Assembly (NCBI GenBank): GCA_964188305.1
Contig: OZ076894.1
DNA length: 64,000 nt
Source: Podarcis bocagei
Taxonomy: Eukaryota
Reading direction: 5' to 3' (one strand)
Below, in pieces: positions 47,867 through 61,400 of this stretch. The position numbers were made by a program, and so were the translations under genes. The notes under the pieces are model-generated. The model worked only from the letters and a program-made list of their open reading frames with translations. It had not been told where the DNA came from and made no database searches. Positions within the stretch are counted from its first letter, which is position 1, and every line of letters starts with the position of its first letter.

Positions 47867-50800
47867 GCTTAAATCATGGCTGGGTAATCCATGGCCCTTC
47901 AGATCTTGTTGGACTACAACTCCCATCATCCCTGATTTAAATGGTGGGTTCCATTTTTTTTAGGTAAGGGCCTTGGAAGATGAAAGAATAACCAGTTAAC
48001 GTGAGCAGGCATCAGTGCAGAAGGACATGACGTATGGAGTGAAATTATAATTCCTGGTGGCATGAATATGAATAATGAATCTATAAAACTATAATTACTG
48101 GTGTTAGGTGGAGATATATTTCCAAAAGGATTCAAGTAGTGCCCACTCTTGAAAATAGGAGCTGAACAAAAGCAGGCAGTACCACTAATTTGCTGTTGTG
48201 AGATAAGAGATAACTCATGCATATAAGCAACTGGGGGAGTAAAACAAAGTTGCTAATTAATTTCCCCCCATCACTCATGTTCAACATCATCCTCAACCAG
48301 AAGTGGGCAGAAAGTAGACAGGAGGGAAAAAAGCAGACTATGCAAAACTGCTCAGTCTGCCTTCCTGATATTCACTAAGCACTTTGCTCATGTGTTTTTC
48401 ATTCTCAGTAGCATGCAAATACCCCATCCCAGACACATTTAACTACACTAACTACTGAAGTCACAATGAACCACAGGGACATGATGGAGAAGAAATCTAA
48501 TTTATCTCAGATACAAGGCACTATCCTCTATTAAGCCTAAACTGGAGAGGCCAAATCCATTCTTATTGTTTTAAGAAGATACTTAGCTCCACAGGTCATG
48601 TGATAATGTGCCTCATGAGTTCTAGCACCTGTTGACATACCATTGTGACTTAGGGTACATACTGTATCATTCAGTCCATGGTCTAGTATATTAACTCTTA
48701 AAACGTACTTTAAAATTACTCAAAATGCTAAACATAAGCCAAAAGTATGAACAGTACTTTCGTTACATATAGTCTGCAACTTAGAAATAATGTTCACCCA
48801 GAAACAGAAAGGTGTATAAAGCTAAACCCATGCCGTAAAATGTAAAGAGATGCATTGAAAAATCTAGCATTTCTATCCCAAAAAGAAAGAGTCCACATTC
48901 ACCAAGAAGCTTTACATATATGTCACACTTTAATAGGCTGGTTTTGATTTAACAGCTTCCCCTGCAAAGCACTCAAACTACTTTGAAGAAAAAGTATGGA
49001 AAAGTGAAGAAAACCCCTGGAAGGCCAGCTTAGAAACTTTTTGAATGAATTCTGGGCAAACTCCATATGCCTACGCTGCTGGATTACTATTAATACAAAC
49101 AAGGTTCCATCTTTGTACCATTTCATTAAAGGAATATTTTTCTGCAACAAATCATGGGATAAAGAACAATTGCAAAAGTGTACAACCTCCTTTCTCATCT
49201 GAGCAACATTTCCTTAAATAATTTGGTGGGAACCATGCTTCATCCCTGAAGATATGAGCAGGGGGTTTCTAATGCTGTAACAGACCTTTCTTTTCTGCCA
49301 TACTTTTCCACATCAATATTCTAGCTTGGACATTTTATACACAGCTCTCTGTAACCAATAATCACTTTAGTATACAGAATTCATTTGTTTAGAGTAAGTC
49401 ATTACGAAGTCAGCGTGACGTACCAGAAACTGAATTCAGAATATGCTTGAATATGCACATGAAGAGTTTACCTCACCCTGAAGCTGCTGGAAGTCTGGAA
49501 GGAATGGTCTCATCCCATGAATGCCTGTGCTAAACTGACTGCAAGGACATCACTAGTTCCACATATAAGAGAAAAATACAGGTCAAAAGAATGTAGCAAA
49601 ATTGCATAATCCATTATCCTAGGTATTGGTCATAAAAACAGTAATCGGCTGCTTATCTGTGATTTGACTTCCTTTGGGTTATCTATCAAACACTGTAAAA
49701 TAGGGTTATGCTCCACTGGTATCATAAGACAGACTTATGGCAGGGGCAAATAGGAGAAAGTGACTCCTAATCCCTCCCAATAAAGCAGGCTTCCAAGTAT
49801 CCACCAGTGTACAAAGCCTAACACAATAATAAGTTTAATTCTTTCCTTCACATTTTTTGAAAAAACAAGCATTTTATCTAGCTGGCAGATTGGCATAAAA
49901 TGGGGTAAGCACTAAGTTTTCTGCAAGCATCTCTTGGCAAGGAGGTAGGAAATCCACTAAAGACCCAAGTTCAAGAAAGGATCCTGATCCATGGAAGACT
50001 GAATACTGAATGACCCCAGTCTTCTTCTCCCACCCAACCCCGTATATTATTCAGTAACAATGTCTTGAAAGATAGAATCCACAATTACCCTAAATGTTGA
50101 GTAATTTCAACTGGCTTCTTCCAGTTGACAAGGAATTCCACTTGCATGAGCTCTTCTTATGGGGGACAAAGAGAAAACATCTGCACCACTCATTATTAAG
50201 ATGGCAGTAGGTGGATTAGTTTGCTGAGGCATCTGAAAGGGGTGTGGTACACTTGGGTGCTAAGCCTCCTCACTGTACTCAGTAAATCTTAAGAGTGTTT
50301 AAAACAAGCAAACAAAACCCCCTTTTCTTGCATTGTTCTGGTACTTCTAAACAGACCAGATGAAGATCTCTGTTATTCGGCGTCCTGTTTCACAGCCATC
50401 CCAAAATCAACCTATTGGTGTGAAAGTTGCAGAAAGGAGTGTACAAGAAAGCTAGGATTCCACACGTCCAACCTCATAGTCCCAAGGGAAGCTCAGAAAA
50501 TGGCTTAAGCAGCAACATATCCTTCTTTCTGCCCTGAAGAAAGCTAGTTAAAAGCTTGAAAAAGTCGAGTACAGGAATGTCTGGTAAAGTCAACCGAAGT
50601 CAAAGCCTCAGAAAAAACCTGTCAAATCCTGGACAGAGAACTTTGATAGCATTTCAAAAGGGCCTCTTTTTTGTGAAGTCTGCCTATCACCCTGCAATCA
50701 CTTTGGATTAGTACCACAGAAACCCTAGAGAATGGTAAAACATTTAGTAACATTATGGAGATATTGTACATTGCACAACTAAAAGAAATTCTGCCTACAA

Positions 50801-52232
50801 TACTCACTAATCTGTTAAAATCTGAGATTTGGGGAAAAATACAAAACAGAGTGGAGAACCTTTCTGCATGGAACCTGGTGCACAAAAAACTGTAAGAAAT
50901 GACTGAGTAACTTGAAACAAACTGTAATAGAACTTGCATAGTAGTTGTGGAAAAAGAGAAGCAAAACTCTGCTAATGTAACAAAGGCAACATTTAAGCCA
51001 AAAACTGGGTTACTCATGAAGGATGTCTGTTCATTATGAGTTCTTTTGACCCCAATTTGCTCATATTTCAAGGTAGTTGATTTATTATCTCCTTTGATTA
51101 ATTTTTAGGCTTAAAACTGTAATAGTAGAATCAAGTTAAAAGCAATGCAAATTTGGAACATTGGTTGCATGAATGTATCTTTGGGCTAAGTTTTTTATGG
51201 ATGCCAAAGGATGCTTGGGACCATTGCTGACAGATTTTGTGACTTTTGTTGTGTTCCTTTTCTAAACACAGAAACAAAAATAGAAGATAATTTGGCCAAG
51301 AGAAATGGTAGAAGTATTTCAGTAAGGAACACTGACAGAGATCAATTACCAGTTAATGTGTGTATATTTTCCACTTTTAATTCTGAGGAGGACATATTTA
51401 AAGAACATGCATAGGCAGCATTCAAAATTAAGCTAAATTAGCAAGTCTGGAGGTAATTAAGAGAAATGAAAACATGAGTGAGTCCCCGGTTATGGCCTTC
51501 AAACTTTCACTAACGTTTCATACTATTACAACTTTAAACAGTGTCCTCAGCATCAACACAGAATATGATATATAGGACTGTGTGTACACGGAGACCATGA
51601 GCTTTATTTTGAGTCATGTTGCTAAGGCTTATGACAAAGAATGCTGCTGCTATGAGCTCCTTTCAAGCCATGGATGTTTTGTCTACAAGGTTCTTACAGT
51701 TTTCATGGTACATCAACAAGATTAACTAATTTGCCAGCTAACCTCTATTTTAATATTTAAATTAGAACAGTACAACAACTAGAAAAAGGTCAGTGCTTCA
51801 AGTGGCAATATTTAAGCCACATCAAATCCAATATCTTCCAAAATAAAGATGCAGAGATCTAGACTTCAGCATCAGTAGTGCAATACAGTGGCCTTTCCTG
51901 AATAAAGGAGCAGAGGCTTACCCACAATAAAAGCTTTAAATAAGGTAGATTGTTGTCATTTATATAGCAATTCTGCCTATTTGATATAAAATATATCGGG
52001 AAAGCTTAAACTGACTTTTACAATCTACATTCAACTAACGCTCCACATAAGCGGTATCATGGAATGAACAATGGGAATGCACTCAAATAGAAAAACACTT
52101 TCAAACCTACTGCAAAGAACAAAGGACAGAAAGTTGACTAACTGAACATCTGTAGTGTGAATCAGACATAAAAGAAAGATGGACCCTCTGATTACTTGCA
52201 CTGCTTTTAATGGACTGAAAGAAATGCAAAAC

Positions 52233-52415
52233 TTAGTCCACATCCATTTCTTCAGATGATTTAGGCTGCTGGCAACTGTCCTCTGATTTTGTGTCAGCAC
52301 CACTCTGTCCATTCATTGGTCCATTGTGTTCACTAGATTTTGACTGATCTTCAGACAGTGGCTCTGCCTTGGGCTTAGGCTTGTAAATAATAGGGTTACA
52401 TAAACTGTCCAGTTC
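52233..52415 (-). CDS. HSPA4L: HSPA4L last coding exon
   Basis: [20 protein letters not shown]...KSSEEMDVD* (183 nt). Confidence 0.94.
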   Translation of the reverse strand, partial: ELDSLCNPIIYKPKPKAEPLSEDQSKSSEHNGPMNGQSGADTKSEDSCQQPKSSEEMDVD

Positions 52416-55400
52416 CTGTTATTAAAATGAAGAGGGGAAAAATATGGTAAGTTGGCAAAAAATACGAATGTAATGGATTATGATGTGGTATTTGGGAGGT
52501 ATACCTGGGGGTAATTATTTCACTAAAGATCTGCCCATGACTGAAAGATTCTGGTATTAAGCAACTGTTTACAAATCAGCTTGAAGAGCCTTCAAATAAT
52601 GGAAACTGCTACAAATCTTGTTAGCTACATTATTATCTGCTCCAATTGTTGAATCATCAAGCTTTCTGCAAAGTACGCTAAATGGCACACATAGGAAATT
52701 GCTTCTTGCTTATCCAGAGACAGAAATTATCCATTGCTAGTCAAAATCTGTTTACTGCTTTGCACATTTTCAATCAATCTAAATTGCTGCCAAATATGAG
52801 AACATAGGGTTTTCAAAACAGATATATGGTTTTACCTGCAATATATGCAGGCATGCGCACATACACAAAAACACCTATATACCCTTTATGCACATTTAGT
52901 GTAAGAAAAACAACAGATGCTCCTTCCATTGATGGAGTGAAACTTTAAGACCCAGGCCAAATTCTTCTGCATCAATCAGAGCTTTAGCTGATTTTTGGTG
53001 TCACCATACTCAGACACTGTGATTCAAAGCCCTGTGTCTACAGATGGGTCACCTTAACGGTTATGGTAGATGGAGCTCACCGTGTATAGATGCTAAAGAG
53101 TAACTGTCCTACTGATATCCTTTTTACTAACTTTAATAGAAATGTTTGTTATCCCCTTCTATTACCATACTTGGAATATTCATTTATTTCTTGGTCTATC
53201 CATATTTATATTAATCCCATTTCATTCACAAAAATTTCACATTTACCTTAGATTTTGCTGTTATTTCTGCCACTTTCACAACAGGATCCTGGGTGAGACT
53301 CAGCCTGTTCTGTGCATTCATTTTTGAGTTCAACCAATTCATTGCTTCACTGGTATACTTTTCAACTTTTTCCATATCAACAGGATCAATGTGATCGTAT
53401 TTTTCATCCTAGAGGAGAAAAAAATATTGTAATTATTAATAAGTTATTTAAATTCAGAATTCAGAAAGGTAATGAATACATATGCTCATTTCTGAAGTCA
53501 TTCCAGACTATTATTAAGGAAGCATGACTATGGTTAAGTATGATGTGTCAAGTGATAAATCATGATTTGCTATCAGCAAGCAAATCAGAAAAAATCAGAA
53601 TACCATATTCATGGGCCACATCCAATCTATGAGCCAGGAGTTCCGCATCTCTTCTCTGTGCTACGGTCTTTTCCAAACAGCACAATTTTGCAAACTTGAA
53701 TAATTATATATTAAAAGGAACTCTAGGTTTGGAAATACAATTTGTGAAAAGTCACTCCATCTGATTTACTGATGGATAAACAAAGCTTAGACATAAAATA
53801 TATTATCAATTGTTACATACCACAGAAGAAATGTTTAATTGTGAATATAGTATGTTAAGGATATGAACGAAAAAAAATCAAGACACTACAATATGAAAAA
53901 GAAGACATATTTGTTTCTGTTTAAAGGAGACACATTTTACCCTCTTTCAAAAGATTTTGTTGACAAGTAATTTGTAGAATAGGTAAATTATACAGGAGTT
54001 CAATACAGTACTATTAAAACTATCCTGTAAATCTTATGGACCTACCTTATTTTTGTATCCTTCTACAGCTTTCATAAGCAGCTGGAGTTTCTTTCCCAAA
54101 TCATTTAATGCTCTAGGCCTCTCTTCATGTTCCATGTATCTATCATGAATAGGACCGCCAAATTTCTACAACAGAGGAAGCAGAAGTTGAGATATTTTAA
54201 AATTATTCCCTAAAAACTGGAGAAAGCATGAATAAAGGTTTATTTTTGGAACTATTAAGCAGAATTCCTTGTAAACCTACAGGAAAAAAGAATGGCAATC
54301 TGGGGAAGCAAATGAACTAGTTACTTTGCTGAGGAAACAGAAAAGTGGCTCACATACCAGCATTAGCTCTTCTCTACTGTATTTAGAATCAAAGGGTTGA
54401 ATCCAGAGCTGCAGAGCCAAGCTCTACAACCTGACTGCTCTTGTGGGTGGAAGGGGATATGCCATTTCCCTCCACAATCTGCTCCAGAGTTCAAGGCCCT
54501 CTCAAACAGCACAGGAGGTGCAAACCCCTCCCTACTGCTTACAGGAGTGCCTAGTAGAGTGGGAGCCTCTGCTGGATCAGACTCACTTCTGTGAATAGGA
54601 GGCGGCTTTCTATTCCTAGAACAGCAGGTCTGGAACCAATTCATGAAGTTGGAGACCATCAAATTCCAACTAACGCTTGATACAAGAAATCCAGAGCTAG
54701 TACATCCCCAACTATAATTTCCTCTTACCAACCTTGGTTTGGAAGTGTAGGAGACAAATGCAAGGAAAATGAAATTAATCATCAACAAGTAGCTGTGACA
54801 CACATTATCAGCACCACAAAGTCTTGCTCAGTGAGAGAGTAATACAAGTCCTGCCTAGGTGAAGGTATAGCTGGACAGAACTTGAAAGGGGGCATTTTCT
54901 ATTGCTGCACTGAGATTATGGAACATCTTGCATTGTAAAGTGCAGCTGGTCCCCTCTCTCAATATTTTTCACTGGTCCTTGAAGATAATTTTATTTTGGA
55001 AGGCTATTGTTTTAGGAGGCAAATGAAAACTCAGTTTCAATGTCATGGTAAACCATAAGCCACCTTATCAGAGCCTCTCTGCTCCTTTCCTGGTGCAGGA
55101 GAAACAACCACTGGCTTAGCATTATGTCCACACTGGGAATCAAGGCTTGTTTCAATCCAAGCAAATCATGATCTCTAGCCAAGGTTTTTTGGGGGCTGGT
55201 AGGGAGACTTGCAAATAACTTTGTGCCTCTGGTCCCCTGGTTCTTTTTGCATCTCTACCAGGAGTCACAACAAACAACAGGCTGGGTGTAAGCCTCAGCC
55301 CATGAAGGACTAACTACCTGATTGTTTTTTAATTAATTTTAATTTTATAGTCAGTCACCATAAGGTACTTGGGTTGGCAGGAAGGTATAATATATTTTTC

Positions 55401-58400
55401 TACAAGTGTACAGGTTGAAGGCTTAGTTTTTTTACTGGGAGGTATACTAAAGAAAATGCTGATATCAGTACTCAAAGTCAGTCTGAAGCTATAGTACTTT
55501 CAACTACTCCATTTAATCCACTTTAATTAATGCTCTTGTGACATCTTGAATCTCTTGCTGTCTCTGGTCAAATTTCAGTGGCTTTAAGAAAGCAAAGCTA
55601 CTAGTCCACATATCTACGACATTCAATTATTACACTTCTTAAAATACAGGTCTTACTTTCATTTCCTGAAGTTTTTCCACATATACATGTTTTGGTTGGT
55701 CTTCTCCATCTTCATAAAGCCAGTTTTCTGTGTCCTCCAACATTAAAGTTATCTTTCTTGAATCCTAGAAAAAGCAGTACAAAAAGCCTTGCCATTTTGA
55801 ATGAGTGAAAACAGAAGCTGTCTGTGTAAGAATGCATTCAGCTACAAACACTGATATCCAATACTGACACTATAACAATAATGGAAATTTAATAATAGGA
55901 AATTTAGTTTTACAGAAATTTACATAAAAGGGGGAAATAGTTTCAGCACTTCAGCTATAAGGGCATTAAAAACTAAACTGGAATGCTAACTGGGTCCCAT
56001 GCATTATGCTAAGGTATAGAAACAGCTAGTAGAAATTGAGTTTTGTTACAATTATTCCAAGGGTATCGTGTCCTTGCTTTACCCCTCATAATTTCTGCAT
56101 AAACATCAACAATCTGTGTGACTCAGCCACAGCCTGAATGACAGGACAAGGTAAAGCTAAGTAAATGAAGTCTAACGGTTAATTAGTCAAGCAATGCATG
56201 AATGCTATAATTCCATTTAAGATTCTCTCTCAAATACCCTGCTAATTTATTTTAGTGTTGCTGTAGTTAAAATGTAGTACACTTAAATCTATAGTCATGC
56301 AAAAAGCCACACTAATTTATTTTTTCCCATTCCAATATATATTCATCAAGTAATTTGTGACAAAAGTAGCAATAGGAAATGAAGGAAAGTCAACAAACTG
56401 GGGGGGGGGGGGTGAAATTCTGAAACACTAGCTGAAATGCATATAGGTCAGAAACAATTTTAAATTGATAGGATTGAAAGTTAAAAGCACACCCATATAT
56501 TTTGAGCTTGTTTTGGCTTCAGTATGTTATTATAAAAGAACTGGAAGCAAATATGACATGTGGCTTTTCTCTAAAAATGAAAGATACGTTTATTGATTCT
56601 TTATTACTTCACACTTTCCCTCATATTTCAAAAAGGAACATTTATGTTTTAGGTAATATGCAAATGTATTTACACGGAATCAATACACCAAATTATCTTT
56701 CTTTTAACTAATTACTGTAGTCAACTAAAAAATCAGTTTCTGCTACCCTAAAGTATGCCATGTTAACTTTAGAATATGCTGTACAGATATTGAAAGTTTT
56801 TCTCCAATAGTCCACAAAGTACTTGATCTGAAATATTTGATTGACTTTTCTTCCTAAAGCATACTTCGTATGACTTAAATGTTATATTCAAATTCAATGT
56901 TTTACCTGGAAATGATTATTAGAATATTTGTATATATTAATATTTGTATATATTTTATGACATGATGTGATAATAGGAACTTCACTTACATTACTTAGAA
57001 TATAAGAAAAAACTGAAAGCAGTGAAAACAATAAACATATATGCTTCAGCATGCATAGGAATCTGGGTACGATTCCTGTTAAAATTACAAATTTCATTTG
57101 CCTGCTATTTTATTCATTCAAGTTGTCCTGTTTGATTAGCATTGTGTACATTCATTATGTTACTACTTTTATGCAAAATGGATTTCTCAAAACATAAAGT
57201 CTTGTTATAGTGGGAATTTTAAATATTCTAATATAATATAACTCCAAAATCAATTTTAAGAATTAACTTATGGGACCAGTTTAAACATTACAATCCTATA
57301 TTGGAACTTCAGAAATGCAAGTAAAATGCTGATTTAAAGAGGTGAAGGCAGCTCTGCATGACCTACGCCAGACTAATCGCCAGAACTCTCCAATGTGACA
57401 AAGACTTATGCCTTCAAAAACTTTTCACTTTCTTATCTGTGCTGTTTAATGAAAATACTGTAGGGTGAATTCAATGCTATAGTGCAGCTGCGATTTAAGG
57501 CACACCACTTTTCCAACACCAGCCACCCTCCTTTTCTTTCAGTAAAGGTAAAGGGACCCCTGACCATTAGGTCCAGTCGTGTCCGACTCTGGGGTTGCGG
57601 TGCTCATCTCGCTTTATCAGTCGAGGGAGCCGGCGTACAACTTCCAGGTCATGTGGCCAGCATGACTAATGACTGGCGAACCAGAGCAGTGCACGGAAAC
57701 GCCGTTTACCTTCCCGCCAGAGCGGTACCTATTTATCTACTTGCACTATGACGTGCTTTCGAACTGCTAGGTTGGCAGGAGCTGGGACTGAGCAACGGGA
57801 GCTCACCCCGTCGCAGGGATTCGAACCGCCGACCTTCTGATCAGCAAGTCCTAGGCTCTGTGGTTTAACCCACAGCGCCACCTGCGTCCCTTTCTTTCAG
57901 TATGATTTGCCAATTAAACAGATTCCTCATGTTATAAATACACAATGATTCTTACATCTTCAGTGATGAATTTCTCATAGACACCACAGAGCTTGTCTCT
58001 TAGATCATACACATACTCTTCAACAGCATTTTTGGCATCATTTTTCTCCTTCTCCAGCTTGTCTTGCATTAACATCTTCCCCTGTAAGAAAATTTTAAAT
58101 CATTTAAAATCTTGCCAAGTACAGAGATGTTATTTTTTTTTTCCAAATATGATTTTGGGAATCTTCCACAACAAACCTCTTCAGACTCTGGAATCTGTTG
58201 AACTGAACCAACCACACTATCATGTACTCTAAACTGCGTAAACTTATGAATAAGAAAAAATACAACATTCCATCACTTAACTGTAATAGATTTACTATTA
58301 TAACTCAGTTTCTTCTAATTCTTTTATTTAATCTAGAATTGAGACATCTGCTTTACAGACATGGAATAACTCTGTATCCTTACCTCATTTTCAATGTAGC

Positions 58401-61400
58401 AGTTAATAACATCCTGTCCCACCTGTCTGTATAGGTTAACCTGGATAGGGAGATCAATACTCTTGATCTTTGCTTTACTTTTGCCAGACTGAGCTGTGTC
58501 AATCTTGTCTCCTGAAGCAGTCTGCAGAATCACACATTGAAATATATGTCAACATTCAGAATATTTGAACCCAGTGTACAAAAACATGTCATATAAAGAT
58601 TTGACGCAATACAATTTTAAGATGAAAGATCCACAGAAGGATAATATTACTGTTTAGCATCTGCAGATGCTGCAGGATTTTTTGGATGACACTTAAGTCA
58701 AGTAAGGAAGCTAGTTCAAGCAATGCTTAAATAGAAAATCCTCTTAGAAGCGCTTTAGATTAACAACCAAAGAAGAGCTAGTGCATCAGTTTCTATTGAG
58801 GGTGTGTAAGGCTATCTTAATTCTCTGTGTCACAGGATGCACTTGAAGCCCATTAGCACTTGAATGAGTGTTTAATGCCTAGATAGCAAAACTCATGGCT
58901 ATATTTAAGTAGGTTATTGGAGACTGATCACACAATAGTACAAGGGTATTTCCCCATCAACTTCTTAGCAGTTTCGGACAAGAGCCATTCCTAATCTAAG
59001 ATTTGAGGTCCTCAAACTTATCTTTGCTATTTCATACTGACCTTTCCTTCACAGCTTATATGATCAACTTCCTCGTCGCCTTGATTATGCTGCTCATGTT
59101 GGTTCTTGTGATTGCCATCATCTTGATCAACCTGCATTTTAGCCTATAAAAAAGAAAAGTTTTACCTCCACACTAAACTTTACAGGAAGGTGTACTCTAG
59201 TCATCTACATAGCAGCTTTGTGCAATTGGACAAGATGTATCAGTAAAAAAAGCACTTTACTTAACTAGTGCTTGTTTACTTGAAGTACGTAACTATTACT
59301 CTTAGCATAATGTTTAAGGCTTCTCAAGCCTTATTTGCTTCAACATGATAAAGGCAAGGAAAACATATTCTAGATCATGAAAATCCAAATAGTGGCAGTT
59401 AAGATTACTCCCACAATACTGGAAAACAAATGAAAGAAGACAAGAGGATGGAGTTGATTAACCCCAAATGAAGACAAAACTTTTCAGAACCATGGGTCCT
59501 GAATCCTTCCATATTCTATTAGATTTTGCTCGCTGCTCAGTGGGGTTTAACATACCAACTAGAAGGGCCACCACTGCATCCACATTGCTGGATGTGACAG
59601 AAGAAGGGGACAGGTAGATCTCTGTATAAACCTTGAGATGATGAGGCAATCTGGTCTGGATTGAGCCTGATGCAGCCACATGACAGGAGTGGAACCAGCC
59701 TGGAAACCAATGAATCCCAGGCCAACTCAGTCCCCTCCCATTTCAGGGCTTTCTGCTGGTTTCTGCCTGGCCATTTGGCACCTTCACCCAATCCAACCCT
59801 TTTCTCCTCTCCAACGCCAGTGTAAAGGTTTAAACTGCTCTGCCAAATGCCTATCTATCTTATAAATACAACATTAGTGACAGTAATCTGATTTTTTTGA
59901 CATACACTGTCACAATATATCAAAGCCCAAAAATATAATATAGGAAAAAACAGCATTGCAACTGGGGACTTCCTCTAGCTTACAAAAATAAAAAGATGAG
60001 TAGAAAAATGGGAAGATTTAAACTCAGCTATAGTGGTAAGCAGGAGTACAGCAAGAAACAGATGGTGGAAAGAACCTACGGTATAGGCCCCAAACCTAGC
60101 AAACTAATACAACAAGGAGTCACAGAGGGATACAGAAGCATAAGAACTCAGGGATAGCAGAGCATTCATCCTGTATATGAGATTTTGGTAAATAAGAAAT
60201 TTAGACAAGTATTTTTATACCATTTACTAGTTTTGAGTGTCTACACTGGCATCAATAACATGCTTCATTTAATAATTAGTTTTGAAGCAGTTAACCAACC
60301 ACTAGATGAGAAGTAATTTTTGCTAAAGACATTGAATTATCTTATAGAATATTAAGATGTAAATATCACAATATTAAAACCAAGACTGGTAGTATTTTAA
60401 TTCCGAAATGCATAGCTATTGCCAAGTACTTAAGAACTTCCTTTTCTGAAAAGATTTCTTTCATTTATGTCCCACTTTTCTCAGAAAAGGAACAAACTGA
60501 GGGAAAAATATCTTTGCTATCTTAAAGCAAACTGAATGCTACATATATAAACAAACCTCATCCTCAGAGTCAAGGAAGTCATCCTCAATTATGAAAGCTA
60601 ATTGCTGATATGCATCATAGTAGAAACAGAAGATAATTAGTTGGTACACCACAGAAAACAAGACTTAGACATTAAAAATGTCTACTTTTTATTGAGAAAA
60701 GCATTTTTCTACTTAGTATTCAGGACATTTTAAATTTTAAAAACCAGGTTTAGCAGATATTCAGGTTACTTGTATGCCTCAAAGACAGACAAACACAAGC
60801 ATCAACTGCTCACCTTCAGTAGTAATTTGTTTTAGGAAAATGTTTAAAAACTTCCAGAATAAGGGGATACTTAAGCAAGTAGATTTTTCAGTAGATCATT
60901 AAAAAATAAAGTTTTAGTAAAAATTATGTTCTACTTGTAGTTGTGAGAGGATTTCATAGTTTAACATACCAGCTCCTCTTTGCTTGGATTCTTGCAAGGC
61001 AATTCTGTGTCCATAGCAATATCGCTTGGATCACCTTCTGCATGTTGCTTCTCTATCACAGATGCATTAGCCACACTGAAGATTCCATGGACATTAACTC
61101 GAACTTTCACTTTCACTTTTGAATTGTCACCATCATGTTGGGGTCCAACGTTCTGAATAACAAAATGACCTGAACAATACAAAGCAGACATTGGACATTG
61201 GCTTGTAGACTTGTTTTTTTTTGTGCTAAGCCCAAATTCATTTAGTTACCTCATGATTACTTAGATTTATTTACACATTTTAAAAAGGTAAATGTTAGCA
61301 ACTAGCAACTCCTAGATTACAACTTATTCATAAAGATGTTTTATGAAGGCTACCTCTGATCAGAGGCACCTATATTGCTTCTGTCCCCAACAAGGACAAG

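Noticed and set aside
50622-51071. 149-aa minus-strand ORF downstream of HSPA4L
   Set aside because: No domain or splice support; lies in probable 3' UTR
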